NCBI GenBank assembly: GCA_051294375.1
Contig: JBJCIZ010000282.1
Span: 178,161 to 242,160, forward strand
Source: Paraspadella gotoi
Taxonomy: Eukaryota > Animalia > Chaetognatha
DNA length: 64,000 nt
Reading direction: 5' to 3'
Positions 23,500 through 34,815 of this stretch are shown one piece after another (the stretch's first letter is position 1; each line of letters begins with the position of its first letter). The notes below the pieces were generated by a model. The model did no database searches. It worked only from the letters and a program-made list of their open reading frames with translations, and was not told the origin of the DNA. A program made the translations under genes and the position numbers.

Positions 23500-25200
23500 C
23501 TGGACAGTTTTTCTTGCCAACGAAACGCATTATTAGGTCTCTCGTTTATATAAAGAATAATCATAATTTTTTGGAAAAAAATCCACGAAAATCTCGGATG
23601 TAAATTTGGGATTTTGTATTGAAAAAAACCGCGGAATAAATAGCGATAATAAAAGTTTTTAGAAGGAAAAAAAAGAGAAGAGAGAGAAAGAGAGAAGAGA
23701 GAGAAAAGATAGAGAGAAGCTGGACAGCCGCTGGACCGCCGCTGGACCGCTGCTGCAAGCTGAACTCATTTTTCGATGAATATGAGTAGGGACAAACTCT
23801 TTTCCTTTCTTTAAAAAAATATTACAAAATAAATATTTGGGTATAGAGCCATGTAAGAAATTTTTTGTACATTGAAAGTAAACTTAAAAATGCATAAATT
23901 TTCGTTTGAGCATGTTCCCATACTAAATTTTTTATTCACCCCATTGAGAGGGGCTACCCCTATTCAGAAGAAAAAAAACTTGTCGCGATAAAGCTAAACT
24001 CTTTTCAATAATAACGATCCAAAAATAATAATCCTTATTAACAAAATATGTAGTTGAAAATACTCAGTTAACGACTATGATGTTTTTGACTTCCAAATAT
24101 TTTTTTTACTTATCAAAAAAAAATTATTTCCTCATTTTAAAAAAATTTAATCTTGAATGAAATTTTTGATTGTTCTTTTTTTAGGAAGAAACCAAGACCG
24201 AGGTCAAATTTTATATTTGCTATTAATTAATATTATAAATAGTTATCACAACTCAATAAATTATTATTTAAAAAAAAGGAAAAAATTGATTTAAATATAT
24301 ACACTAAAAATATTTATAATTTAATAATAGTACAAATTATCAGAATAAACAAAAAAAGTAATGTTTAATTTGACTATATCTCTCTTATCAACTCCTATTT
24401 TAGATATAATTTGCCATTTTTTTTCAAAAATGTGATGCATCAATTATATTATTCGGCGAAAGTGCTGCTATATATAATAGGTCACACAAGTTGATGTACA
24501 TGTGACATTGCCTGCATTATAAGTTATTCTTCCCTTTTCTAAAATGAATTCACGAAAATCTCGGATGTAAATTTTGGATTTTGTATTGAAAAAAAAAATA
24601 AATGGCGATATTAAAAGTTTTTAGAAGGAAAGAAATAAAAGAATTATTCAAAAAACGAACGATAACGCAAGAGATCGTACAGAGAGAAGACAGACGCACA
24701 CAGAGAGAGAGAAGAGCAGAAGAGACTGAGAGAGACTGAAAAAGACGGAGAGAGAGCCTGAACTCGTTTTTAAACAATTCAAAAAGGCAGCGCCTGAAAA
24801 AAAAAATATATAAATAAAAAATAAATAAAAGAAGGCAAAAAGTTACAATGGTTTACAATTGGAAATTTTTCCAATTTTTTCCAATCATAGGTTGTTAATG
24901 TTTTTTTTATTTGTATTAAAATTAAGTTATAGCTTCTCATTAAAAATATTCTATGTTCCATTTTTATTATAGATTTGATTTCATCTTCAATATATATATA
25001 TACATGATATGTAAATTAGATTAAAGCATTTCTATATACTAATTTGGATATTATAATGAGTACTATAATCTCATTGCATATTGCAGTAAATCATAATGAA
25101 GTGGAAATTCATTAGATAAAAATACTTAAATCCAAAGTAATAAGAAAATATCAAAGCTATTTCAAGATGAAAAGCTATATCTAAATTTTTAACTTACTAT

Positions 25201-27067
25201 TGTAGAGGCACATAATATAGGTTTTATTGGCAGGTTAAAATAACAGGAACAGAGAGACGTACAATTTACATGATATTGAGATGAGACTGACAAAGAGAGC
25301 GCGGCCCTGGTTAAGGAAGAGAGAAAGAGAGAGGAGAAGAGAGAGAGAAAGAGAGAGAGTTAGTAACCGGGTTCTCTTCGCGACCACACGACAGATGTGA
25401 CCAGCTGGGGGTCAACCCCGTGGCGACGAAACCTTCGTCGCCACATCCCCGCCCCCCGCGAAAAGTCCAAAGGCTTTCTTCTTGGCACTGAAGTTTCCGC
25501 GAACGTGGCGCTGAGGGACAGTGGCACCTCGTCACTGGCGGCGGTAGTTGTCTCTGAATGCGAGGGGCTGTACAAACAGCGGCAAAATGTGCGTGTTGAG
25601 TTTGAGCCTGCCGCGGGTGCAGAAATTTCGGCGGCGCATGTGTGGAAAGGGGTTTGCTTTGAATGGCGCACAGGAGCCAGTTGAGAAAAGCGTGCCGACT
25701 CAGGAAAGGTCGTCCAATAGGGCAGAGCCGGTCTAGAAGGCGGTTTTTGCCGGGCAGGTGTAGCCGGCCGAGAAGGAGCCGGGCAAGAAAGTGGAACCGG
25801 CCGGGATACTGGAGCTGGCCGAGAAGTTGGTACCAGTTGTGAAGATGGGCCGGCCAAGCAACGGTTCTGGCCTGAGAGTTTGTCTAGGAGGCTGGGTCAT
25901 TGGCGACGTTGTCGGAATTTTGAGGTCACGTCTAACGGCGCGGATGGCCGCAATCGCAACCCCGATTAGATGGTGGGCATCACGTGGCAATTGATGGCGC
26001 TGACAGTCTTGCCGCGTTGAGGACTTCAATCGCGGCACTCATCGCATCCGCGATGTTCACTTTGTTTTTAACACAAGTTTGGGTGGAGGTGCTGACCGTT
26101 TTTGTCTCAGACGTTTCCACAGAGTCGTCGGCCGTTGCAACTGCCTCAGTCATGGAAGTGTGGCGTCGATGAGGTTTGTTGTTGTTTGTGACGGTGCAGG
26201 CGTCGATGGAACAAACCTCTGTGGCAGTTGAAACATTGGCAGTACTGTAAATAGTTGTCAAAGTATAAGCGTCTTTTGTCTCTTTTGTTTTCCAACCCGG
26301 AGGCGGCACTGAAACAAGATTTGCCAGAGCCGTTTTAGTGGGAGGCGCTAAAAACGGCGCGGTTTTGGATATCGCTTGGAAATGGGCATCTTCTTTGTTG
26401 CTGCCAAAGTTTCAGCATTCTTCTGAAGACGTTTTTGATATTGGTGACGTCGACTCGGTGCCTGAAGTAAGAACGTCCAGAGTTTTTTAACTTCATTTTC
26501 TGAACTGAATTTGATTAAATTGTCCATCCATTCATCGTCGTCGTCCTTCAATCGAATTTCGCGCATGTTTTGTTGTCGATGGTTATCCGTATTTTGCCCG
26601 AAATTTGTCGTATGAACGCATATTTATTTCCAAATTCTCAGCGCAATGAAATGTATCTCGGTCCATCAGAATCTTTAATGATTTGAAGCGGCCAAGGTGA
26701 AAAGTTTTTTCCTTAGTAAAGACGGAGACAGAAGCTTTAAAGAGTTCCATTTTAAACAAAAAACTTATTCAGTGTTGTTGTGTTTTATTCAGAAGGATGG
26801 CGGTGTTCTCGTCGGCTCACCAGTTATGTAGAGGCACATAATATAGGTTTATGGCAGGTTAAAATAACAGGAACAGAGAGACGTACAATTTACATGATAT
26901 TGAGATGAGACTGACAAAGAGAGCGCGGCCCTGGTTAAGGAAGAGAGAAAGAAGAGAGGGAAAGAGAGAGAGGAAAGAGAGAGAGTTAGTAACCGGCTTC
27001 TCTCGCGACCACACGACAGAGTGACCAGCTGGGGTCAACCCGTGGCGACGAAACCTTCGTCGCCACA
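25201..27067 (-). mobile_element. Complete non-autonomous LTR element (1867 bp) with orphan internal ORFs
   Basis: Near-identical TG...CA LTRs at 25201-25445 and 26827-27067, with 4-bp TSD CTAT. On the minus strand, PBS-like TGGTGAGCCGAC lies 4 nt after the 5' LTR and PPT GGGGGGCGGGGA precedes the 3' LTR. No RT, protease or integrase motifs seen. Confidence 0.92.
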
Positions 27068-27610
27068 CTATGCCTCGCCTCAGTAATTTCTCTCTCGGCC
27101 GAAGTCTTATTTTGACCTACCTTAGTTGTCCTTACGCGTTCGGCCAAATGATTTACTGGTTAGTATTTCGTCGGTATTTGTCATTCTTTGTCTTAATTTG
27201 AAGAGACTCTATAGAAATATTTAGTTCCATTTTTTGCCTTACTAAAAGTAGCATCGCCCGTCTGAACTTGAGTTTACAGGATTTTTTGTGGACATTTTAA
27301 AGTAAAATACAAGTTTCTAAACCTTCATCTCTAATTTTCATTCATCATTTACTAAACATTCAGTCAAAAAGATTCATGAAACCTACCACAGACTAACAAG
27401 GACGGACGACGCCGGAACGGTAGTAATCGCGAGCGTGAAATACTAAGTCATTTCACAAACATAATGCTTTAACTTTTAATACTTTATATTTTAATATTTT
27501 TTTAAATTTTTTTTATTTTAAACATGTTTATATTAAAATTATTATTAATTAAAAAAAACTTATTTTGAAGCCTAATAAGTAGAACTGCATTTTGAGAACA
27601 TATTTGTATC

Positions 27611-30600
27611 TGTTAATTTGGTCCGGGCGCTGAGCCTCGCGTTCTTTGCTATGATTAATACACACCATTAATACAAACCATTTATTGAGGAACCATGTCG
27701 TAACAATGTTATACCGTACATCTTTCGGTTCCCGGCTTCGACCAAATATCGATCTCGAAAAATACTATTATTTAAAGAAAGTCAAAAAATCATTTCTCCC
27801 ACAAAAATTTGATGCCGTCTTTTCGTCTCCCAAACTCGGTATGCGCTGTTTCTTCGATTCGCGGCGCTGCTTAGAATTGTGACGTAATGAGTTTGCCGCG
27901 CCCGGCGCCGCGTCAGTGCCGCTGCGTTTGCCGTCTATCTTTACACTCCCCAAAATTTTCCAGAAATTTTCTCCGTCGGGCAATCCTGGGTGACACTTAC
28001 CGGCGCCCCCTCCCCGTAATGCTAGCCATAGCCAATGAAATTTAAATGCTAATGTATACAGCGTTAAAATAATCTATCATGACCATAGATTATGGTATTA
28101 AAATATTTTTTGTCAAAAATGCTTTCTTCTGAGGGTACTAGCCTAATTAAAAATATTATATTACTATATAGAGCAAAAATATTTTTTTAAATCTTAAATT
28201 TTTTATGGATTTTGATAGAGCATAAAAGTCAAACAAGAAATATAATTACAGCTTTTAAAAATTCTTACGTTTTCTAAGTGAAAATATAAAAAGATATGAT
28301 GATGATGATTTTTTACGGTTTTCTTATTTTTGACACACTTATCGTAAAAATATTTAAAAAAGAATTATACTTTGTGTAGACAACTTTTTATGAGGTATCT
28401 GAATCTGTCTTAAAATTAAAAAATTCTAAAAAAATTTTTGGCCTTTCCTATCTATAAATAAATATTAAAAAATTAATTACTAGGGTATAGAGCCATATTA
28501 GAAATTTTTTGTCCATTGGAAGTAATTCTAAATGTCTAAATATTCGTTTGAGCATGTACTCACTCTAAATTTTTGACTCACCCCATTGAGTGCGTGCTAA
28601 CCCACTAGTATAGCTTGCGCTCTCTTTGACATCCTGACAATTGCTGCGCCTTCTGCGTCCGGGTCTGCCGCGCTGCTCTGCTTAGTTCCATTCCGCTGCT
28701 GCTGCTGCTGCTTGACTCCGCTTTGCTGCTATTGACTGCTACGACTGCAGTTTCAATGATTTTCAATGACAAATATTTTAATGCGTTACCTCTAACTCTC
28801 CTTCGTGAAGGTATAAAAAAAAACATGGCGCTACCACTGGTCATGACGACTTGTAAACATATTAATTTTTTATAACGATCATAAAGAGCAACCACTCATC
28901 ACTTTAATTTTTTCTAAAGTGTGACAAAGTTTTTATTTTTCAAATCAGCGGTGAAACGTCTCAATCCAAGCAAACGTCATATTTTGTTCTTGTGTCAGAG
29001 GGTTTTTAATTTCATTCGTCACATGACAAACTCATATTGTATTGAGAGTCACGACATAAAAAATTCAGTCTCCAGGCAATAATTTGAACCATTAATAATA
29101 ATAATTTCCATTGGGCAATGGCTGTACCTGTTTCCAATTTTCCTTCTTAGAGTTGAGGTGAAACTTTAAATTGACGGCGGCGGCCATCCGGGCATGAGCC
29201 TCCGCAAATTGGAGTGAATTTCTCCTTTTTTAAATTTCCATGTTGAAAAAACCAGTAACACAGCAAATCTAAACTCGAATTTTCCCGACCTTTTCTTTTC
29301 CGTGGAAAGGCAGCAAATTTTCAAGTGCTTAAACTCGGCACTGATTAACGCACGACCGAAAAGGCTATTTTGACTTTGCCAAATTTCTAACCTGACTTCT
29401 CGGCACTATCGCCGGGTCGACCTGCTCCATGACTGGTCTAATCGGGGACAACTGCCTCACCTTTGGCGTGGATGGCTCAGCTGTGCGTGCCACTTCCGGT
29501 CTCGTTAAGTTCGGCGCCTCTTCTTCATTGTCAATTGGCACCTGGAAATCCATCAAATCTTCATCTGGGTTCATTATAGTTTCGATTCGGAACTTACAGC
29601 GCGGCGGCTGCTGCGGCGTCGGCACTCTCAGCAACTGGGCTCCATGCGGCGTCTCCACCACTGTCTCCAGTCCGTCAAAGTCATGCTTTCGGTCATCTTC
29701 CTCTGCATTTAGACGTCTCATCTCATTCTCTTTTTCCTTCCGTGCCAACTCCTTGGCTTCCATCTCCAGCCTCAGCTGTCTCTCTTTACTTTCCATTTCG
29801 AGCTGCATCTGTCTCTCTTTGCTCGCCCACTCTGCCTGAAATTTTTCTATCTCTAACCTGCGATTTTTGACGCCTCCATCGCGTGACGTTTCTGCGATGC
29901 GAGCGATCCGCGTGATGATGTAGAACCCACCTTTCTCGTGGGCAAAGTCGAGGGTCCTGACAATATTACCGTTCGACTTGATGTAGCGATGGGCACTCCT
30001 AGATCCGGCTCGGCGACCCAAGTTGAGCTGTGAGGCGACGGCCAATTCCCTCCAAATTCCTCACCTATTGGGCGGACATCTCGGGCTGAGAAGCATCTCT
30101 GCGACGCGAACGGCACTGGCGGAACGACGCCGCACGGAACCGAGATGGTTGACGGCGCTGCTCCTGGCGCAGGGAAGTCGCTGAGGGCACACTTCGCCCC
30201 GTCAAGGACCGTCCTTGCCTGGTCAGTCTCCAAAGCCAAGATTACGTTGATAACATCGTAGAGCTGCTGGGTCGTCTTCTTCAGAAGCTTTTTCTGATGC
30301 AAAGCCTCGGCGACCGTATCCAGCGTCGGATCATACTTAGCCAACCCGGCAAATTTTCGAAACTTTTGATACCATTCGCCAATTCCGTAACATAATGTCT
30401 GACCCCTCTCTGCGTTTGATTATCGCTTTAAGCAAAGTATCCTAGTAACAACATTTATTTTCAATTTTAATTTCGTTCGTTCAATTCGTTTCACTCTGTC
30501 TTTCTCTCTATCTCTATCAATCACAGTATAGTCAGTACCAAGTTAGGACACAAATAATAATTAATGCAGTATCATGTATCGACAAAGCAATAATGAAAAA

Positions 30601-31170
30601 AGTTTGCGCGGTTTGTTTTTTATTTCTATTTCACCTCCGTTCCGTTTTTTAGTTTATTTACTTCAATAAATAAATATTTTCAATAATTGCAATGATTATT
30701 GAGTGATTGATAAATACGTACCCGTCGAGCTCTTCCGCCCAATTTATTCAAGAGATAGGGCATGGCTTTGGGCGCCCTCTCTATGGAAGAGATGCCGCTT
30801 CTATGGGCAACCTCCCTTTCGTTCGACCCCGCTTCAGTGTCCCTTCGTTTTTTCTATTTTCGTTTTCGACACTCTCTTCATGGAGTGCCACCTTTATTTT
30901 TCGGCGCTCTTTTCATGGAGCCCAAATCTTTGTGCTGTAAAACGTCACTCACCTTTGAACTCGCCAAACTCGTCGTCCCCAAGAACGCCTCTTTCACCAG
31001 ATGTTTTTAATGTCAATTTGGTCCCGGGCGCTGAGCCTCGCGTTCTTGCTAACGATTAATACACCAATGTAACCAAACAAACCATTTATTGAAAAACCAT
31101 ATGTCGTAACAAAGTTAAAAACTGTACATCTTTCGGTTCCCGGCTTCGACCAAATATCGATCTTGAAAAG
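27611..31170 (-). mobile_element. Probable second non-autonomous LTR element with a coiled-coil ORF
   Basis: LTR-like 27611-27995 (TGTTA...TGACA) with an adjacent purine tract on the minus strand. A diverged partial direct repeat lies at 31011-31170, with TGGTGAAAG 11 nt inside it. No TSD could be established. Confidence 0.55.
29365..30344 (-). pseudogene. Frameshifted ~325-aa ORF with charged coiled-coil and Pro-rich segments (gag-like or orphan)
   Basis: Overlapping ORFs 29853-30344 and 29365-30045. Contains SKERQMQLEMESKERQLRLEME repeats and has GC-rich, coding-like composition. Confidence 0.55.
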
Positions 31171-31457
31171 CACAGACTGAAAGATTTCTTAACCTCTGAA
31201 AATTGAAACGTTTTTAATATTTACTTGTAAAGTATTCAATGTACAATTATGATCATTGTATTTTTGTAAACTACTCAATTGTACCATTCGTTTGATATGT
31301 ATTTTACTATTGTTTATTGCATTTAAACATTTGTAAACAGTATGTTTGCATTCATCAACAAACAACCGGATCAAGTGCTAGGGTAATATTTACAAGTGCT
31401 GTCGATCAGGTCCAATAGCGAAATATTTAAATGCTGTACTTTTTCTATTGTCGCTCG

Positions 31458-31595
31458 CAGGGATGTGGAGCCGGAGCTGTAGCCGCCGGAGCCGAGATTT
31501 TTTTGCCGGATCAGGAGCCAGAATTTTTATTTGGCCGGAGCTGAAGCCGAAAAAAATTTTTGACTGGAACCAGAGCTGGAGCCAGAGCCGAGATA
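31458..31595 (+). repeat. hAT-like terminus with GGAGCC subterminal repeats
   Basis: CAGGGATGTGGAGCCGGAGC start followed by many GGAGCC/GAGCC motifs. No matching end with TSD was found. Confidence 0.5.
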
Positions 31596-32102
31596 AAAAA
31601 CGGTTTCATTGCCCAGTCAATCTCAGGTCATTGTTATAGATAGGGCAAAGTGACTGTGCGAGTTGACCGGCACGGAGAAAGAGGAGAGAGGAAGCATTTA
31701 GAGAGAGACCGATCGTAAGTTCAATTGGCTGACTTTTGGAGAAGATTGAGAATTCTATGTGTTTTTTAAATGTTTAATTACATTTAATGTAGACGATGAC
31801 TTTCAGGTTTATACAAATATAAACGATTTAAAACAACTAACGTAAAAACATAACAACGTCGCAACTTTCTCACAAGGCAACTGAAGATTACAAAAAAGTC
31901 ACATCAAACGTTATTTAAAATAACCCTAATTGCCTCGGCCAAACCCTTTTTCCCTGTTCTATTATTCATCAACGCGACTCCCGATCGCGAATTTTGGAAA
32001 CTTGAACCAAGATATTTTTATTCCCGGCCATCGGACGTTGAGCCGTCTCCCTGTCGATAAAGCAATAGTTATAAAAGTAATTGTTCAATTCTACTATCAC
32101 AC

Positions 32103-32850
32103 ATATGTGCAACCCTGTGCTCAAAATTTAATCATGGTGAAACCTTTCCTACGCGCATTTTTTAACTAAAATTTATTCTTTTCTTGGCTGTAATTTTTTT
32201 TATATACTATTTTTATTTCAAGATTTTTAGTTTATTTATGCTTAATTTGTATAAAAAATAAATTATTTTCCTTTTATTTCGTTTACATGGGTGTTATTAC
32301 TCTTTCGTCCAAGGCTTCAGCAGTAAAAATTAATTCTTATGAGGCCCTCAACACGCATACGAGGCTTACGCTGAAATTTGGCGTTCTAATAATTTGAACT
32401 ATGTAGTACTTTCTTTGTAGATCGAAAACGGAATCTGTTTTAATAGCGCGAGTTGATCCCTCGCGACCGCGTTTTTTACGGTCTTTTTTTGCCAATTATT
32501 TTTGAACATGTCGTCCGATTTACCAGGAATTTTGGATTTCGGCTGATTTCGCCATTCTCTTTCCAACAGATACCAAATTTATTTTTAAAAAATTTTTCTA
32601 GTGTTTTTTAAAACGACTGGCATCCCCAACTTATGTTAAAAATGCTCATTTGTTAAGACAAAAAAAAATCGCAATTCTAAATGAACCTCTCGGGCCACCT
32701 TCAGAAATCCTAAAACTATAAAGAATAAATAACGGAATTCAAATGCAATTCGTGTCATAAAAAAACAAATACAATATAACAAGTTTGAGCAAACAATGCC
32801 GGATCTACCTGTAAAGAAAAGTCGTACATTTACTGAATAGCTCTATTGCA
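32103..32850 (+). repeat. ~750-bp block present three to four times
   Basis: Copies at ~39688-40279 (partial) and ~46185-46892, with a noisy partial copy after 48150. Confidence 0.85.
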
Positions 32851-32935
32851 CTGCATAAGAGTGATGTGAAAATGATAAAATTTTAGAAAATTAAAATTTA
32901 GCATATAAACATGAACATAAAAACAATGAAAATAT

Positions 32936-33189
32936 TGTGGCAAGCAAGACTTAAAGCTGCCTCACTGCTGTCCGTCCTCAGCCTCGTCTCAATGGCTGAG
33001 CAGCTAAATCATCTCATTCCATCCGTGCGTCCCGGGTTCAATCCCCGGTATCCCGGTTCTGGCTTAATGTGACGGTGCCGGTATATAACATGCCAGTGAC
33101 AGGAGCGGTCACTGAGGGTCCGCAGCCCCTACGCCAGTTGGTGAGATACCCCGCGCCCGGGTATCACAGGCTATCCTCCCGTTGCCATA
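32936..33189 (+). mobile_element. 254-bp solo-LTR-like insertion containing a tRNA-like Pol III promoter
   Basis: Inverted termini TGTGGCAA...TTGCCATA with 4-bp TSD ATAT. A-box-like TGGCTGAGCAG at 32993 and B box GGTTCAATCCC at 33035. Absent from the paralogous MITE (~23410-23435). Confidence 0.78.
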
Positions 33190-33593
33190 ATATTTTGATA
33201 AATTTTTTTTTTAATTTTATACATTAATGCGCACCAGTGAGCTATATTTATATTATAATAATATATATAATAGGCTAAAAATTTACAAAATGCAAAATGT
33301 TTAAATTTTAAGATCGGATTTGGATTCCTTCAAAAAGTTATTAGAAGAAAGTACAATTCTTTTTAAAAAATTCTTTCATTAAGTTAGTCAAAAATGTAAA
33401 AAACTATATTTAAGACGCCAATTTTGAATTTCCAGCTTAAAAATTAGTTTTTTTTGTACTTAATGACATAATTTTTAAAAAAGATTTATACTTTCTTATA
33501 ATTAACTTATGTTAATTTCCTTTCTTTTCGTTGTTTTTGCAAATTAGAGAAAGACAAAGTTTATTTGTTTATGTACAACGATTATTTTTACAT

Positions 33594-33635
33594 AGGACAT
33601 TTTCGGCTTTAAGTATAAGCCTTCATCAGCGTTTT
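33594..33635 (-). ncRNA. Minimal hammerhead motif (stem III shortened)
   Basis: Minus strand reads aacg-CTGATGA-A-GGCTT-atactta-AAGCC-GAAAATGTC. Confidence 0.6.
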
Positions 33636-34766
33636 GATTAATCAGACAAATTTTTCTTCTTAACATTCTTTTTCCCTTTATTTCAAATCTTAATTAACAA
33701 ACTAGTTAAAATATTTCTCAGTTAAATCTACTAGTTTAAGCATTAAGTCTATTTATTTATTGTCATTAATTATTTATTCCTTTATCTTTCTTGTACATTA
33801 CAAAAATGTAATATTTTCTCTCCCATGTCTCAATACGAGGTTACCTTTGACGCGTGATATGACGATCCAGTTTCACAGTGCACATTTGAATGTGAAGACT
33901 TTAGCTTGAAGGGTCTCTTTCAACGGTTGGCACTCTTGCCATGACGTTTGTACTTCCTTCAGAGTTGTAAACTTCCTTTAATTCGAGTATTAAGAGACAG
34001 AAATTCTATTTCCGTAATACGTTTGTCTATATCGCTCTGTCTTATTCAATTGGGGTCCAGGCCAATTTCTAAGTACGCTTTTTGTGGCTATTGTTTGTCA
34101 CATCTTCGTAGCGGCTTTATATTTTTCTCCTTGACGATACTTACGTTTTTCGTTAGCATTACTATTATCTGTATATAGAAATTTTATCTGCTTACTCACA
34201 ATTTCATTATTTCATGTTGCTTATTAATGTCGTGAACATCTTAAGATAAATGTGTTAGTTTTCACAAACTTTTATTGATAGCATAGGATAGTATTCCGGT
34301 TAACAGTAGCATCAAGATGCCCTAAGACGCGCGTGCGCAGGCGAAAGTCCTCAGTATAGTATTGTGCCCTAAGACCCCAAGTGCGGCAGGCTTCTCTTTT
34401 TACCGGAGTAGTACTCCGTAAGTATTTTAACCGCCTAAGACCGCTCGTGCAAGGCCGGCAACGTTACCTTTAAAACTTTATCAGTATTGCTCTAAGAGCT
34501 TATGCTCGGGCTTTTATAATTTTTGCTTAATCATCTCTCTCTCTCCTCTGTTCTCTTCAATTTTACACTATTCACATTATTTCAGACACATTTATCCTCT
34601 TCGTTCTCTCTCCTTACCTTCACTGTCTCAATCTTGCCACCTGTCCTTATCTCACCTTTGGTTGGAAGCTTTATTCTCTCTTCTGCTCTGTCTTTCTCTC
34701 TGCAAATCTCTCTCTCTTCTTTCTCTCTCTGACTTCAATGTAAGAGAAAATTTGATCTGATTATTC

Positions 34767-34815
34767 AAACGCTGTGAGGTCTACACCTAATACTTAAAGC
34801 CGAAAACATGTCATC
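34767..34815 (+). ncRNA. Highly degenerate hammerhead motif
   Basis: Reads aaacg-CTG-TGA-ggt...atacttaAAGCC-GAAA-ACATGT-C. It is the inverted partner of 33594-33635. Confidence 0.4.

Noticed and set aside
28605-28895. Ser-rich ORF
   Set aside because: Short, driven by a (GCT)n tract, with no motif.
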